64,000 bases of DNA from Azolla caroliniana (taxonomy: Eukaryota > Plantae > Polypodiophyta): assembly GCA_043228905.1 (NCBI GenBank), contig JBHGNT010000012.1, positions 8,432,001 to 8,496,000 on the forward strand, given 5' to 3'. Each line of letters begins with the position of its first letter. Within the stretch, counting starts at the first letter, position 1. Below are positions 52,587 to 63,299 of the stretch, one piece after another. The notes under the pieces were generated by a model. The model ran no database searches. It was not told the origin of the DNA and worked only from the letters and a program-made list of their open reading frames with translations. The translations under genes were made by a program, and so were the position numbers.

Positions 52587-52714
52587 CCAAATGGCTCCGA
52601 TTTTGGCCGGACTTACTCGTTTAACACATCATCTAATTGGCTCAAGACATCAAATGTATTTTTATGACAGGGACTACCAGGCCTACTTGGGTTACGAGAA
52701 GGTGGGGCAGAAAT

Positions 52715-53731
52715 TTATATGGGATTGTCATGAGCACTTACTTGGTTAACTTGTCGTCGTGGTTTATGTGGACAATTCACAGCAGTATGCCCTGGACCAC
52801 CACAATAGAGGCATAGACGATTCACTCGCCGTCGTTGCTTTTCAGCATCCGATAATGGTCCTTGACGTCGTGTTGTCTCGATTTCCATTGGAGTAGGGCC
52901 TTCCACCACACTTGACTTTGATACTTGGGGTGGAGTTGCAACCACCGAAGCATATGTTTTTGTTGGTCGAAAACGTAATATTTGTTGGCGCTCAGAACGC
53001 CGCTCAAATAAGCGATTGTCACATCGCACGGCCCGGCTTACTGCTTCAGTAAGAGATTTTGGATCATCATGGAAGGTAAGAAGTAAATCCTTCACATCAT
53101 TCCGCAGAACTTGACGAAATTGGTCCATTAATGCTGCCTCGTCCCATGGAATGTCACATGCTAGAAGGCAAAAATCTGCAGCATAAGCGGAAGCAGGACG
53201 ATCTCCTTGTCGTAATCGCCGAATTTTGTTTATTGCTGTCCTCATACTATCAGTGTCTCCAAAGTTGGCTTGGAACTCATTAATAAACCCTTCAAAATCT
53301 TCTAATAATGGTGAGTGCTTCTCTAGGAGTGGTGCAAACCACGCTAATGCGGTACCCGTTAACAAGGTACCAACTAGACCCACACGAGCAACATCAGTTG
53401 GGTAACGGCTAGGATGCAATTTAATCACAAGCCGTACCTGATTTAAAAATCCACGAAACTGAGACCTTGTACCATCAAACTTGGCCGGCAGACTAATCTT
53501 GGGTTCCTTCGGCGAGGTTTGAACTTCCGCCGCTTGTTGTTGCAATAGAGTAGTCTCCAATTGATGCACCCGTTGAGATAATTCTTCATATTGTTGTACT
53601 TTTTCAGCACTTACTTGTTGTAGGTCTCCCAACAATCTTTGATTTTCATGCTCTAGTGCCACGAATTTGGTTGTTAGCATTTCGAGCTCGGAGAGAACAC
53701 GCATATATTCTTGCTTGCTGACGGACTCCAT
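52715..53731 (-). CDS. Gypsy gag with zinc knuckle; premature TAA where the duplicate arm has TCA
   Basis: PKISLPAKFDG, LRQG, PMEI, CLYCGGPGHTAVNC. Confidence 0.9.
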   Translation of the reverse strand: MESVSKQEYMRVLSELEMLTTKFVALEHENQRLLGDLQQVSAEKVQQYEELSQRVHQLETTLLQQQAAEVQTSPKEPKISLPAKFDGTRSQFRGFLNQVRLVIKLHPSRYPTDVARVGLVGTLLTGTALAWFAPLLEKHSPLLEDFEGFINEFQANFGDTDSMRTAINKIRRLRQGDRPASAYAADFCLLACDIPWDEAALMDQFRQVLRNDVKDLLLTFHDDPKSLTEAVSRAVRCDNRLFERRSERQQILRFRPTKTYASVVATPPQVSKSSVVEGPTPMEIETTRRQGPLSDAEKQRRRVNRLCLYCGGPGHTAVNCPHKPRRQVNQVSAHDNPI

Positions 53732-54681
53732 AGTTGCGATAGAAAATTGCTAAATTTGGTTGAATAAGGTTAAGATAAGAAGAAGAAGTTGGAGAAGAAG
53801 AAAAGAGATAGATTCGGTTCAAACAGTTTTCGACCAACAGAAACATATGCTTCGGTGGTTGCAACTCCACCCCAAGTATCAAAGTCAAGTGTGGTGGAAG
53901 GCCCTACTCCAATGGAAATCGAGACAACACGACGTCAAGGACCATTATCGGATGCTGAAAAGCAACGACGGCGAGTGAATTGTCTATGCCTCTATTGTGG
54001 TGGTCCAAGGCATATTGCTGTGAATTGTCCACATAAACCACGACGACAAGTTAACCAAGTAAGTGCTCATGACAATCCCATCTCAATTTCTGCCCCGCCT
54101 TCTCGTAACCCAAGTAGGCCTAGTAATCCCTGTCATAAAAATACATTTGATGTCTTGAGCCAATTAGATGATGTGTTAAACGAGTAAGTCCGGCCAAAAT
54201 CGGAGCCATTTGGTTGGACAACCCTAGGCATGTAATGTCCGTCCCTAGTTGTGGTTCCATTTCATCCGGTCAAGTTAGTCGAGTTTTCTCTACACAAGTT
54301 GAGCTTAATGTTGGTTTTTTTTTTTTTCGGTCCCTCCGGATGGGATGTCCGGAGATGAATGACGGCAATCCCGGTTACGGCTACGGTTACGGTTGCAGCT
54401 ACGGAGCCGGATGATGAATACCCCGGCTGCGGATCCGGATGCTGAAGATCCCGGCTACGGAGCCGGATGATGAAGACCCCGGCTACGGAGCCGGATGACG
54501 AATGTACCCGGAGAGAGAGATCCGGATGCGGGGACATATTTGTGAATATGTTTACCAAGGGCCCTTGAGGCTATAATTGTAAATAGCCCGAAAGTCATAT
54601 GTGTATAAATATGACTTAGGGCAAACAGATGATGTTGTTGCTCATTTTCTGTTTTCACTTAGAGAGAGTGAAGAGAGCAGC

Positions 54682-54715
<34 letters not shown>

Positions 54716-55015
54716 GAAGAGGTCGTTGCCTCTGTGTAATACCGCCGCCTGTGGCGAGGATAGCGAGCTCAAGGTCGTTGCCTTGCAGCTCGCCATTGTA
54801 TATTTCTCTGTGCATAGTTTTGGTTTGGAGTCTTGCACTCCCGTGGTTTTTCCCGTATAGGGTTTTCCACGTTAATCCCTGTGTTATCGTGTCTTTCTCT
54901 GTGTTTCCTATTTTCTGCTGCATTGATTCGCGACTACTCGGTTGTGGCCGAGTGGTGAAGGTTAATCGGAGCATCGATTCTCAACAAGTGGTATCAGAGC
55001 GAGCTGTTGCAGAAA

Positions 55016-58000
55016 ATGGAAGGCGGCGGCAGCGGGCAGCCGGGGATGATGGTGCTGAATGCGCAGAATTACGCCGACTGGAAGATCAAGATGGAGGATC
55101 TTCTGATTGTTCGGGACCTGTACGAACCGATTGACAGGTCGGAAATACCGAAAGGGGTACTTGAGTCGGAATGGAGGCTTCTGAACCGGAAAGCCGTTGC
55201 AACCATTCGGCAATACGTCGACGTGAGCGTCCTACAACATGTTGCAAACGACACCAACGCATATGAGATGTGGAAGAAGCTGTCGGGCCTCTACGAGAGG
55301 AAGAATGCGTTGAACCGGACCTCCCTGATGAGGAAGATAGTGAATCTCAAGTACCGGGACGGCGAGAGTATGGTGGAACACGTAAGCACGTTCATGGGAT
55401 TCGTGAACCAGCTTGCGGCGATTAAGTTCCCGTTGGAGGATGCAATGCAAGCCATCATCCTGATGTGTACATTGCCGGAAAGCTGGGAGAACTTGGTGGT
55501 GACTCTCAGCACCTCGTGCACCGAAGATAACTTGTCCTTACAAACGGTAAAGACAAGTATTTTGAACGAAGAAGCGCGTCGGAGAGATAAAGAACCGGCC
55601 TCCGACACGAAGGCGCTGCTTACCGAATCGGATCGGGGAAGACAATGGAACTTGAGTCCGCAAAGACGGGAGAAGTCGGGGACCCGGTCGCAGTCAAGAG
55701 GAAGGCCTACATGCTTCCACTGTGGGAAGCTGGGGCACTTCCGAAAGAATTGTCGGCATTACTGAAAAGACAACGGAGCCGACGACACCGATTCGAAGAA
55801 GTCACCGGAGAGAAACGGTGCATACCGGGGAGCCACGGACCGGAGAGGTTCGGATCGGCGAGGGCAGGACCGGAAAGGAACAACAGCACTCGCGGCAAGT
55901 GAGGAAGAAATCATGCTCATCACCGAAGAAGGTGAACTAAACATTGCCGGCGATGAGACGACCTGGGTGGTCGATTCCGGAGCATCGTTCCACCTGACCC
56001 CGGAGAGAAGATACTTCTCATCCTACACAGCCGGTGAGCATGGCTGTGTTCGGATGGGAAATGAAGGTACGTGCCGGATTGCCGGCATCGGAGACGTGTG
56101 GCTGATGACATCAACTGGATGCAAGATGCTGCTGAAGGATGTCCGACACGTTCCGGAGGTTCGATTGAACCTGATTTCGGCCGGGAGGCTAGACGATGAA
56201 GGCTACACGGGTAGCATCCGGAACGGTGTCATGAAGTTCAGCAAAGGGAGCCTGATAGTGGCTCGGGCCCGGAAGATCAACACACTGTACCTGATGAATT
56301 CCCGGCTATGTCCGGAGGAGCTGAACGTGGCAGCTGACACTGCCGGTGAGCTATGGCACAAGAGACTTTGCCACATGAGCGAGAAGGGGATGAAGAGGCT
56401 TGCCGAAGACAACCTGATACCGGTAAAGCATGTACACCTGGGGAAGTGTATCGACTGTCTGGCCGGTAAGCAAAACCGGACCTCCTTCCACTCAAGGCCA
56501 CCGACGAGACGTAGCGCACCATTGGAGTTGGTGCACACTGACGTGTGTCAGGTAGAAACGACGTCACATGGCGGAGCCCAGTACTTTGTAACATTCATAG
56601 ATGACCATAGCCGGAAGCTGTGGACGGCACCGTTGAAGACAAAGGACCAAGTATTGTCCGTCTTCAAAGAACTCCACGCGAGAGTGGAAAGGGAATCCGG
56701 CAGGGAGCTGAAAGCGATACGAGCGGATAACGGAGGGGAATACCGGGGGCAGTTCGCGGAGTACTGTCGCTCGAAGGGAATCCGGCTCGAGTTTACTGTG
56801 CCGAAGACGCCGGAACTGAACGGGCTGGCCGAGAGGATGAACCGGACCATAATGGAGAGGGTCCGGAGTATGCTGGCACATGCGAAATTACCCAAGGGGT
56901 TTTGGGCTGAGGCAATGTCGACGGCGACATACGTGATAAATAGATCACCCTCAGTACCTCTGGACGGAGACACGCCGCAAAAAGTGTGGACCGGGAAGGA
57001 AGTGTCCTACCGGCATCTGAAGGTGTTCGGGTGTCTCGCATACGTGCATGTGGCAAAGGACCGGAGAGGAAAGCTAGATCCAAAGACCCGGCCATGCATA
57101 TTCCTCGGTTACGGTGACGACGAGTTCGGCTACCGAGTATGGGACCCGGTCGACAAGAAGATATTCAGGAGTCGAGACATCATCTTCATGGAGGACAAGA
57201 CACTCGCCGACTGGGAGTCGGAGATGAAGATGAAGAGCTCCAAGTCGACCGGTGAGGATAAACTCTACGAGGAGCAGTCCCGACCGGTAAGGGACCGGTT
57301 AGCACTCGAGGATCCGGCCGAAGACGGTGAAGAAACAGAACCGGCCGAGGAAGATGAACCTGATACCGGAACCGGTCCCGATCCCGAAATGGATTCGGAC
57401 GAAGAGGAAACGGAGGAGCCGGTTACCGAAGCTCCGGAACGGAGATATCCTCTAAGAGAGAGAAGGGCCCCCCGGAGATTTCCGGAACCAGAGCACGTGC
57501 TGCTAACCGACGAGGGGGAGCCGGAGAGTTTTGAAGAAGCAAAGTTTGACACCCAGAGCCGTAGGTGGTTGAGTGCCATGCAGGACGAGATGGATTCCCT
57601 GCATGAGAACCACACATATGAACTTGTGGAGTTGCCGAAAGGAAAGCGGGCACTTCGAAACAAGTGGGTGTACAAGCTGAAACCGGGAGATGCCGGAAAC
57701 CCCCCGAGATACAAAGCCAGGATCGTGGTGAAGGGGTTTCAGCAGAAGAAGGGCGTCGACTTCGACGAGATATTTGCCCCGGTAGTGAAGATGACCTCCA
57801 TCCGGACGGTGCTGAGCATAGCGGCAAGCATGGACCTCGAGGTAGAACAGATGGACGTGAAGACGGCATTCCTTCACGGTGACCTCGATGAAGAGAAATA
57901 CATGCAGCAACCGGAAGGATTCGAGAAGAAAGGGAAGGAGCATCTGGTATGCCGGTTGAAGAAGAGCCTTTACGGACTGAAGCAGGCTCCCCGGCAATGG

Positions 58001-59089
58001 TACCGGAAGTTCGACTCCTTCATGACCGACGAAGGGTACCTTAAAACACAGTCCGACCACTGCGTGTTTGTGAAGAAGTTCGAAGGAGGAGACTTTCTAA
58101 TACTCCTCCTGTACGTGGACGACATGTTGATCGTCGGACGGGACCAGGTCAAGATCCGGATGCTGAAGAAGGCTCTTCACCGAACCTTCTCAATGAAGGA
58201 CCTGGGTCCGGCGAGACAAATACTAGGGATGCACATCATCCGGGACCGGAGCAAGAAGCAGTTGTGGCTGTCACAAGAGAAGTACGTGACAAAGGTGCTT
58301 AAACGGTTCAACATGTCGGAAGCAAGACCGGTCGGATCGACCCTCCCGACAAACTGCAAGCTGTCCAGCAAGCAAAGTCCCAAGACAAAGGCTGAAAAGG
58401 AGGATATGATGAAAGTGCCGTATGCCTCAGCCGTCGGGAGCTTGATGTACGCCATGGTGTGTACGAGACCGGACATCGGATATGCAGTCGGAGTAGTGAG
58501 CCGGTACATGAGCAATCCCGGCAAAGAGCATTGGAACGCGGCCAAGTGGATACTCCGATACCTGAAGGGCACGGCAAACGTGTGCCTCCGATTCGGCTCC
58601 GGAAAGTCCGAACTCGACGGCTTTACCGATTCGGATATGTCGGCTGATGCAGATACCAGCCGGTCCACATCAGGGTATGTGATGACGTATGCAGGGGGAG
58701 CTGTTTCGTGGCAGTCGAGGCTGCAGAAGACGGTTGCGTTGTCAACCACGGAGGCGGAGTACATGGCGGCTGTTGAAGCCGGCAAGGAAATAATATGGAT
58801 GAAGGACTTCATTAGAGAGCTCGGTATCCGGCAGGAGGAGTATCGACTCTACTGCGACAGTCAGAGTGCAATCCACCTCGCAAAGAACGCGGCCTATCAC
58901 TCCCGGACGAAGCACATCCAGCGAAGATACCACTGGATCCGGGAAAGGATAGAAGACAAGGAGTTCGTGCTGGCGAAGATCCATACGGACGAGAACGGGT
59001 CGGATATGCTGACCAAGGTACTTACACCCGACAAGCTGGAAGCATGCCGGAAGAGGATCGGATTGGAGAGACATCCCATGCCGAAGTGA
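55016..59089 (+). CDS. Copia gag-pol, complete except for one in-frame TGA at 55763-55765
   Basis: ORFs 55007-55765 and 55913-59089 share a frame. Motifs CFHC..GH....C, DSGAS, WHKRLCH, RADNGGEY, YVDD, TKHI. Confidence 0.92.
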
Positions 59090-59285
59090 AGGGGGAGTTT
59101 GTTGGTTTTTTTTTTTTTCGGTCCCTCCGGATGGGATGTCCGGAGATGAATGACGGCAATCCCGGTTACGGCTACGGTTACGGTTGCAGCTACGGAGCCG
59201 GATGATGAATACCCCGGCTGCGGATCCGGATGCTGAAGATCCCGGCTACGGAGCCGGATGATGAAGACCCCGGCTACGGAGCCGG

Positions 59286-59950
59286 TGTCGTGAAGGATTT
59301 GCTTCACGATATAAAAATAAACTTGAATATTGTATTAAGTAACATTTGAGAGACTTGAACCCATAACCTCACACACCAAGGACGAAGCATATACCATTAG
59401 GATAAGTTATTTTCTATAGTTATATTTTTATCATACTTATGACATGTTTCTTCATACATTAGAGCTTAGTTGAGCATGATGGCTATCATGCATCACATGT
59501 AAAGCATGTGCGCCAAATGGCGATCATGCATCACATGCATCACATGCATTATATGCATGCCATGCACCCCCATATCATCATATGCATGAGAGAACCTATA
59601 AAGAGAGGCAAGGAATTAAGGGATGAAGAGGGGGGAAAATAGGGTAAGGAATCAAGAGAGAGTAAAAAAAATAATACAATCAATTGAAGAAGACTAGCTC
59701 ATTGGGTGGAGAATCTCTTGTTTCGAAGTTGAGGTCGAGGGTTCAAATCAAGGGTCGGCATTGAAAAGATTCATCTTGCGATCAAGGATTGTAAAGTTGG
59801 TAAAATATTATATTTTTAATATACATCATGTTTATATCATATACTCTTGTTCTTTGAATCATACTTTGTCTCAATCTTCTTTCTAGAATCATACTTTGTC
59901 TCAATCTTCTTCCTTGAATCATACATTGTCTCTATCTTTTATCTATGCTC

Positions 59951-60011
<61 letters not shown>

Positions 60012-60146
60012 TACTTGTAACTCTTCATCTTACTATCCTTAACCATTCTATCATCACCATACAAGCCTTATTAAACTTAAGTTTCTTCAACTCCCCTTAA
60101 CCTTAGTCCCCGCGACTTCGCCGCACGAACCACAACTACCCCGACA
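59286..60146 (+). mobile_element. Solo LTR of the TGTCGTGAAG lineage inside the Copia 3' LTR, 4-bp TSD CCGG
   Basis: TGTCG...CGACA termini, with CCGG at 59282-59285 and 60147-60150. The uninterrupted 5' LTR has a single CCGG at this position. Shares gcgccaaatggc/catgcatc blocks with 19829-20968. Confidence 0.92.
59343..59408 (-). promoter_or_regulatory. tRNA-like A/B-box cassette in solo LTR
   Basis: TATCCTAATGGTA ... GAGGTTATGGGTTCAAGTC. Confidence 0.6.
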
Positions 60147-60338
60147 CCGGATGACGAATGTACCCGGAGAGAGAGATCCGGATGCGGGGACATATTTGTG
60201 AATATGTTTACCAAGGGCCCTTGAGGCTATAATTGTAAATAGCCCGAAAGTCATATGTGTATAAATATGACTTAGGGCAAACAGATGATGTTGTTGCTCA
60301 TTTTCTGTTTTCACTTAGAGAGAGTGAAGAGAGCAGCC

Positions 60339-60369
<31 letters not shown>

Positions 60370-63299
60370 GAAGAGGTCGTTGCCTCTGTGTAATACCGCC
60401 GCCTGTGGCGAGGACAGCGAGCTCAAGGTCGTTGCCTTGCAGCTCGCCATTGTATATTTCTCTGTGCATAGTTTTGGTTTGGAGTCTTGCACTCCCGTGG
60501 TTTTTCCCGTATAGGGTTTTCCACGTTAATCCCTGTGTTATCGTGTCTTTCTCTGTGTTTCCTATTTTCTGCTGCATTGATTCGCGACTACTCGGTTGTG
60601 GCCGAGTGGTGAAGGTTAATCAGAGCATCGATTCTCAACACTTAACACATCGAGGTGCCATCGAGTCCCAGCTTCTGCCCTCTTAGACTCTGGAGGCAAC
60701 TCTTGTTTCATGGATCGTGAGTTTGCTGTAATGCATAATATTCAGTTGCATAAGCTCCCAAGCCCAGTGTCAGTCGGAGTCATTGATGGACGCCCCATAG
60801 CATCATGTGATATAGTTGAAGAGTCTGAACCAATTCATGTAGTCCTAGGCAATTTGGCTAGTGTCATCTCATTCAACATTATTAGTAGTCCAGAGCACTC
60901 GCTAGTTCTTGGTCTTGCATGGTTTGAGCTACATAACCCAACTATTGATTGGAGAAAAAGAACCATCGAAGAAGTCACAATACATTCTAAGCCTCTTAAA
61001 ACTCCAACAAAGGATATGACATTCCAAAAGATTTCGACAATCTCTATACATCAATTACGTGAGGAAGGACGAAAGGAAGACATGTTGGTGTTCGCAGTTT
61101 TAGCAACTCCCACATCGAGCTCACAAGAATCGGGGGTCCAACTACCGAAGAAATATATAGAATTCTCCGATGTTTTTGATAAGGTGAAGGCCAATAGACT
61201 ACCAGAGCATCGACCATATGATTGCCCGATTGATTTGCAGCCCGGAAAAGAGCCTCCATGGGGGCCAATTTATAACCTTTCACCCACAGAGTTAGAGGTT
61301 CTTCGGGAATATATTGATGAGAACTTGGCGAATGGGTTTATCCAGCATTCAAGATCTCCTGCCGGCGCACCCATATTTTTCGTTAAGAAGAAAGATGGTT
61401 CGCTTCGTGTGGTCGTGGATTATCGAGGATTGAATAAAGTAACTATTCGAAACGGATATGCTCTACCATTGATTTCGAGCCTTCTGGAACGCCTCAATGG
61501 AGCTAAGTATTTCACAAAGTTAGATCTTCGAGGTGCTTACAATCTTGTTCGAATTCGTCCTGGGGATGAATGGAAGACTGCTTTTCGTACTCGCTATGGC
61601 CATTTTGAGTATATAGTGATGCCATTTGGTCTCACGAATGCACCAACAGTTTTCCAACATATGGCGAATGACATTTTTCGAGATTTCCTCGATATTTTCG
61701 TCATAATTTACCTAGATGATATCTTGATCTACTCAAAAACTCAAGAGGATCATGATATACACGTTCGACAAGATTTGCAACGGTTGCGTGAATATGGTCT
61801 CTATGCAAAATTGGAGAAGTGCAGCTTTGATCAGCGTCAAGTGGAATTTTTGGGGTACATAGTCTCTTCACATGGCATCTCTATGGATCCAGCAAAGGTT
61901 CAAACAATTTTGGATTGGCAAACACCACAATCTGTGCGAGATGTACAATGTTTTTTAGGGTTCGCAAACTTTTATCGCAAGTTCATCAAAGATTATTCAA
62001 AGATCGTATTGCCCCTCACTCAACTAACACAGAAGAATCAACCATTTGTGTGGAGTATAAATGGAAACTCTGCATTTGAAGGATTAAAGCAAGCATTTAC
62101 ATCCGCACCAATTTTGATGCATGTTGATCCATTGAAGCGCTTTATACTGGAAGCTGATGCATCTGACTTCGCACTAGGAAGCGTATTATCCCAGATTAGC
62201 AATGATGGCCAACTGCACCCTGTGGCTTTTCATTCACGGAAATTCGAAGCTGCAGAAATCAACTATGAGATTCACGACAAAGAGCTTCTTGCCATTGTGG
62301 ATTCTTTTCAACAATGGCGTCAGTTTTTGGAGGGTTCGTCTCAACAAATCATATTCTATAATGATCACAAAAATCTAACGTACTTCCAAAGTGCTCGGGT
62401 CTTGAGTCGTCAACAAGCTCATTGGGTGCAGTTTTTAACTCGTTTTGATTTCGTAATTCTATATCGCCCTGGGACGCAACAAGGCAAAGCAGATGCTTTA
62501 TCTCGACGTTCATATATGGAACTTCAACTAGGAGAGGCCGCATTTGAAAGTCAGAAGCAAATCCTCTTGGGTCCTGATCGTCTACGACTAATGGCTTTTC
62601 ATGCTATAGACACACCCGAGGATTCAAGTCTTTTAGACTCCATTCGGGAGCATATTGAGACTGATGAATTCACCCAAGATATTCTGAGCCATATTATCCC
62701 AGATCGTGCTTCTTGTTCACAATCTCAAAATCCTCGTCAAGACTACAACCAGTTAAATTGGCATGATGGTTTACTTTTTCGACAAAATCTCTTATATGTG
62801 CCTGATGGTCCTTCTCGACTCCAAGTCTTGCAACAATGTCATGATACACCAATGGCTGGACATTTTGGCATCCACAAGACTTTGGCGTTTTCTATTCTCA
62901 AGTCACGACAGTTTGAACCGAATGAGTTGTGATGAATGAATAGACACCTATTTATAGGTCCTTATGGAGTATTCTGGAAAGTTCTAGAATATTTTAGATA
63001 TTTATGATATTTAATATAATCATGGAATATCCTAGAATGTTCTAGAATGTTCTAGAATACTCTAAATGTCTTGTAATAACTAATAATACATTTATTATAA
63101 CTATACATCATATATGTTAGTATAATGGTTAAAGGTCTAACATATAGACCAAGACGTCTTGAGCTCGAATCCTTGTAAGGCCAAAATGTATGTCGTCATT
63201 ACACCATGCAATTGGCAAAGCAAGTCGAGTTCAATCTAACTTTGCTAGAAAATAGGTTGCAATGTTTTCTATTTCCTTAACTGTTGGCTAGTTAGGCCA

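Larger units (their letters stand above)
54309..60640 (+). mobile_element. Recent Ty1/Copia element (Tork/TAR-like); LTRs 54309-54986 and 59100-60640
   Basis: TSD CTTAA, PBS TGGTATCAGAGC, PPT GAAGGGGGAG. The LTRs are nearly identical apart from the 861-bp insert. Confidence 0.96.
53826..62889 (+). repeat. Inverted duplicate (53826-54308 plus 60646-62889, 2727 bp) of 50248-52974
   Basis: ORFs 53789-54187 and 60710-62932 are near-identical in protein sequence to the minus-strand gag end and pol. Confidence 0.95.
48537..63203 (-). mobile_element. Tcn1-like chromovirus with internal inverted duplication and nested Copia
   Basis: TSD CCATG (48532-48536, 63204-63208). 3' LTR 48537-48987 and PPT at 48988-49001. 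The 5' LTR retains only U3 plus primer (62913-63203). PBS at 53812-53824. Confidence 0.93.

Noticed and set aside
55763-55765. Programmed stop read-through between Copia gag and pol
   Set aside because: Copia elements normally have one ORF, and a CGA-to-TGA methylation mutation is the simpler explanation.
50248-62889. Inverted duplication as an assembly artefact
   Set aside because: The arms differ at many positions (over 20 amino-acid changes), one arm holds a Copia with a clean TSD, and the whole unit has a single TSD.
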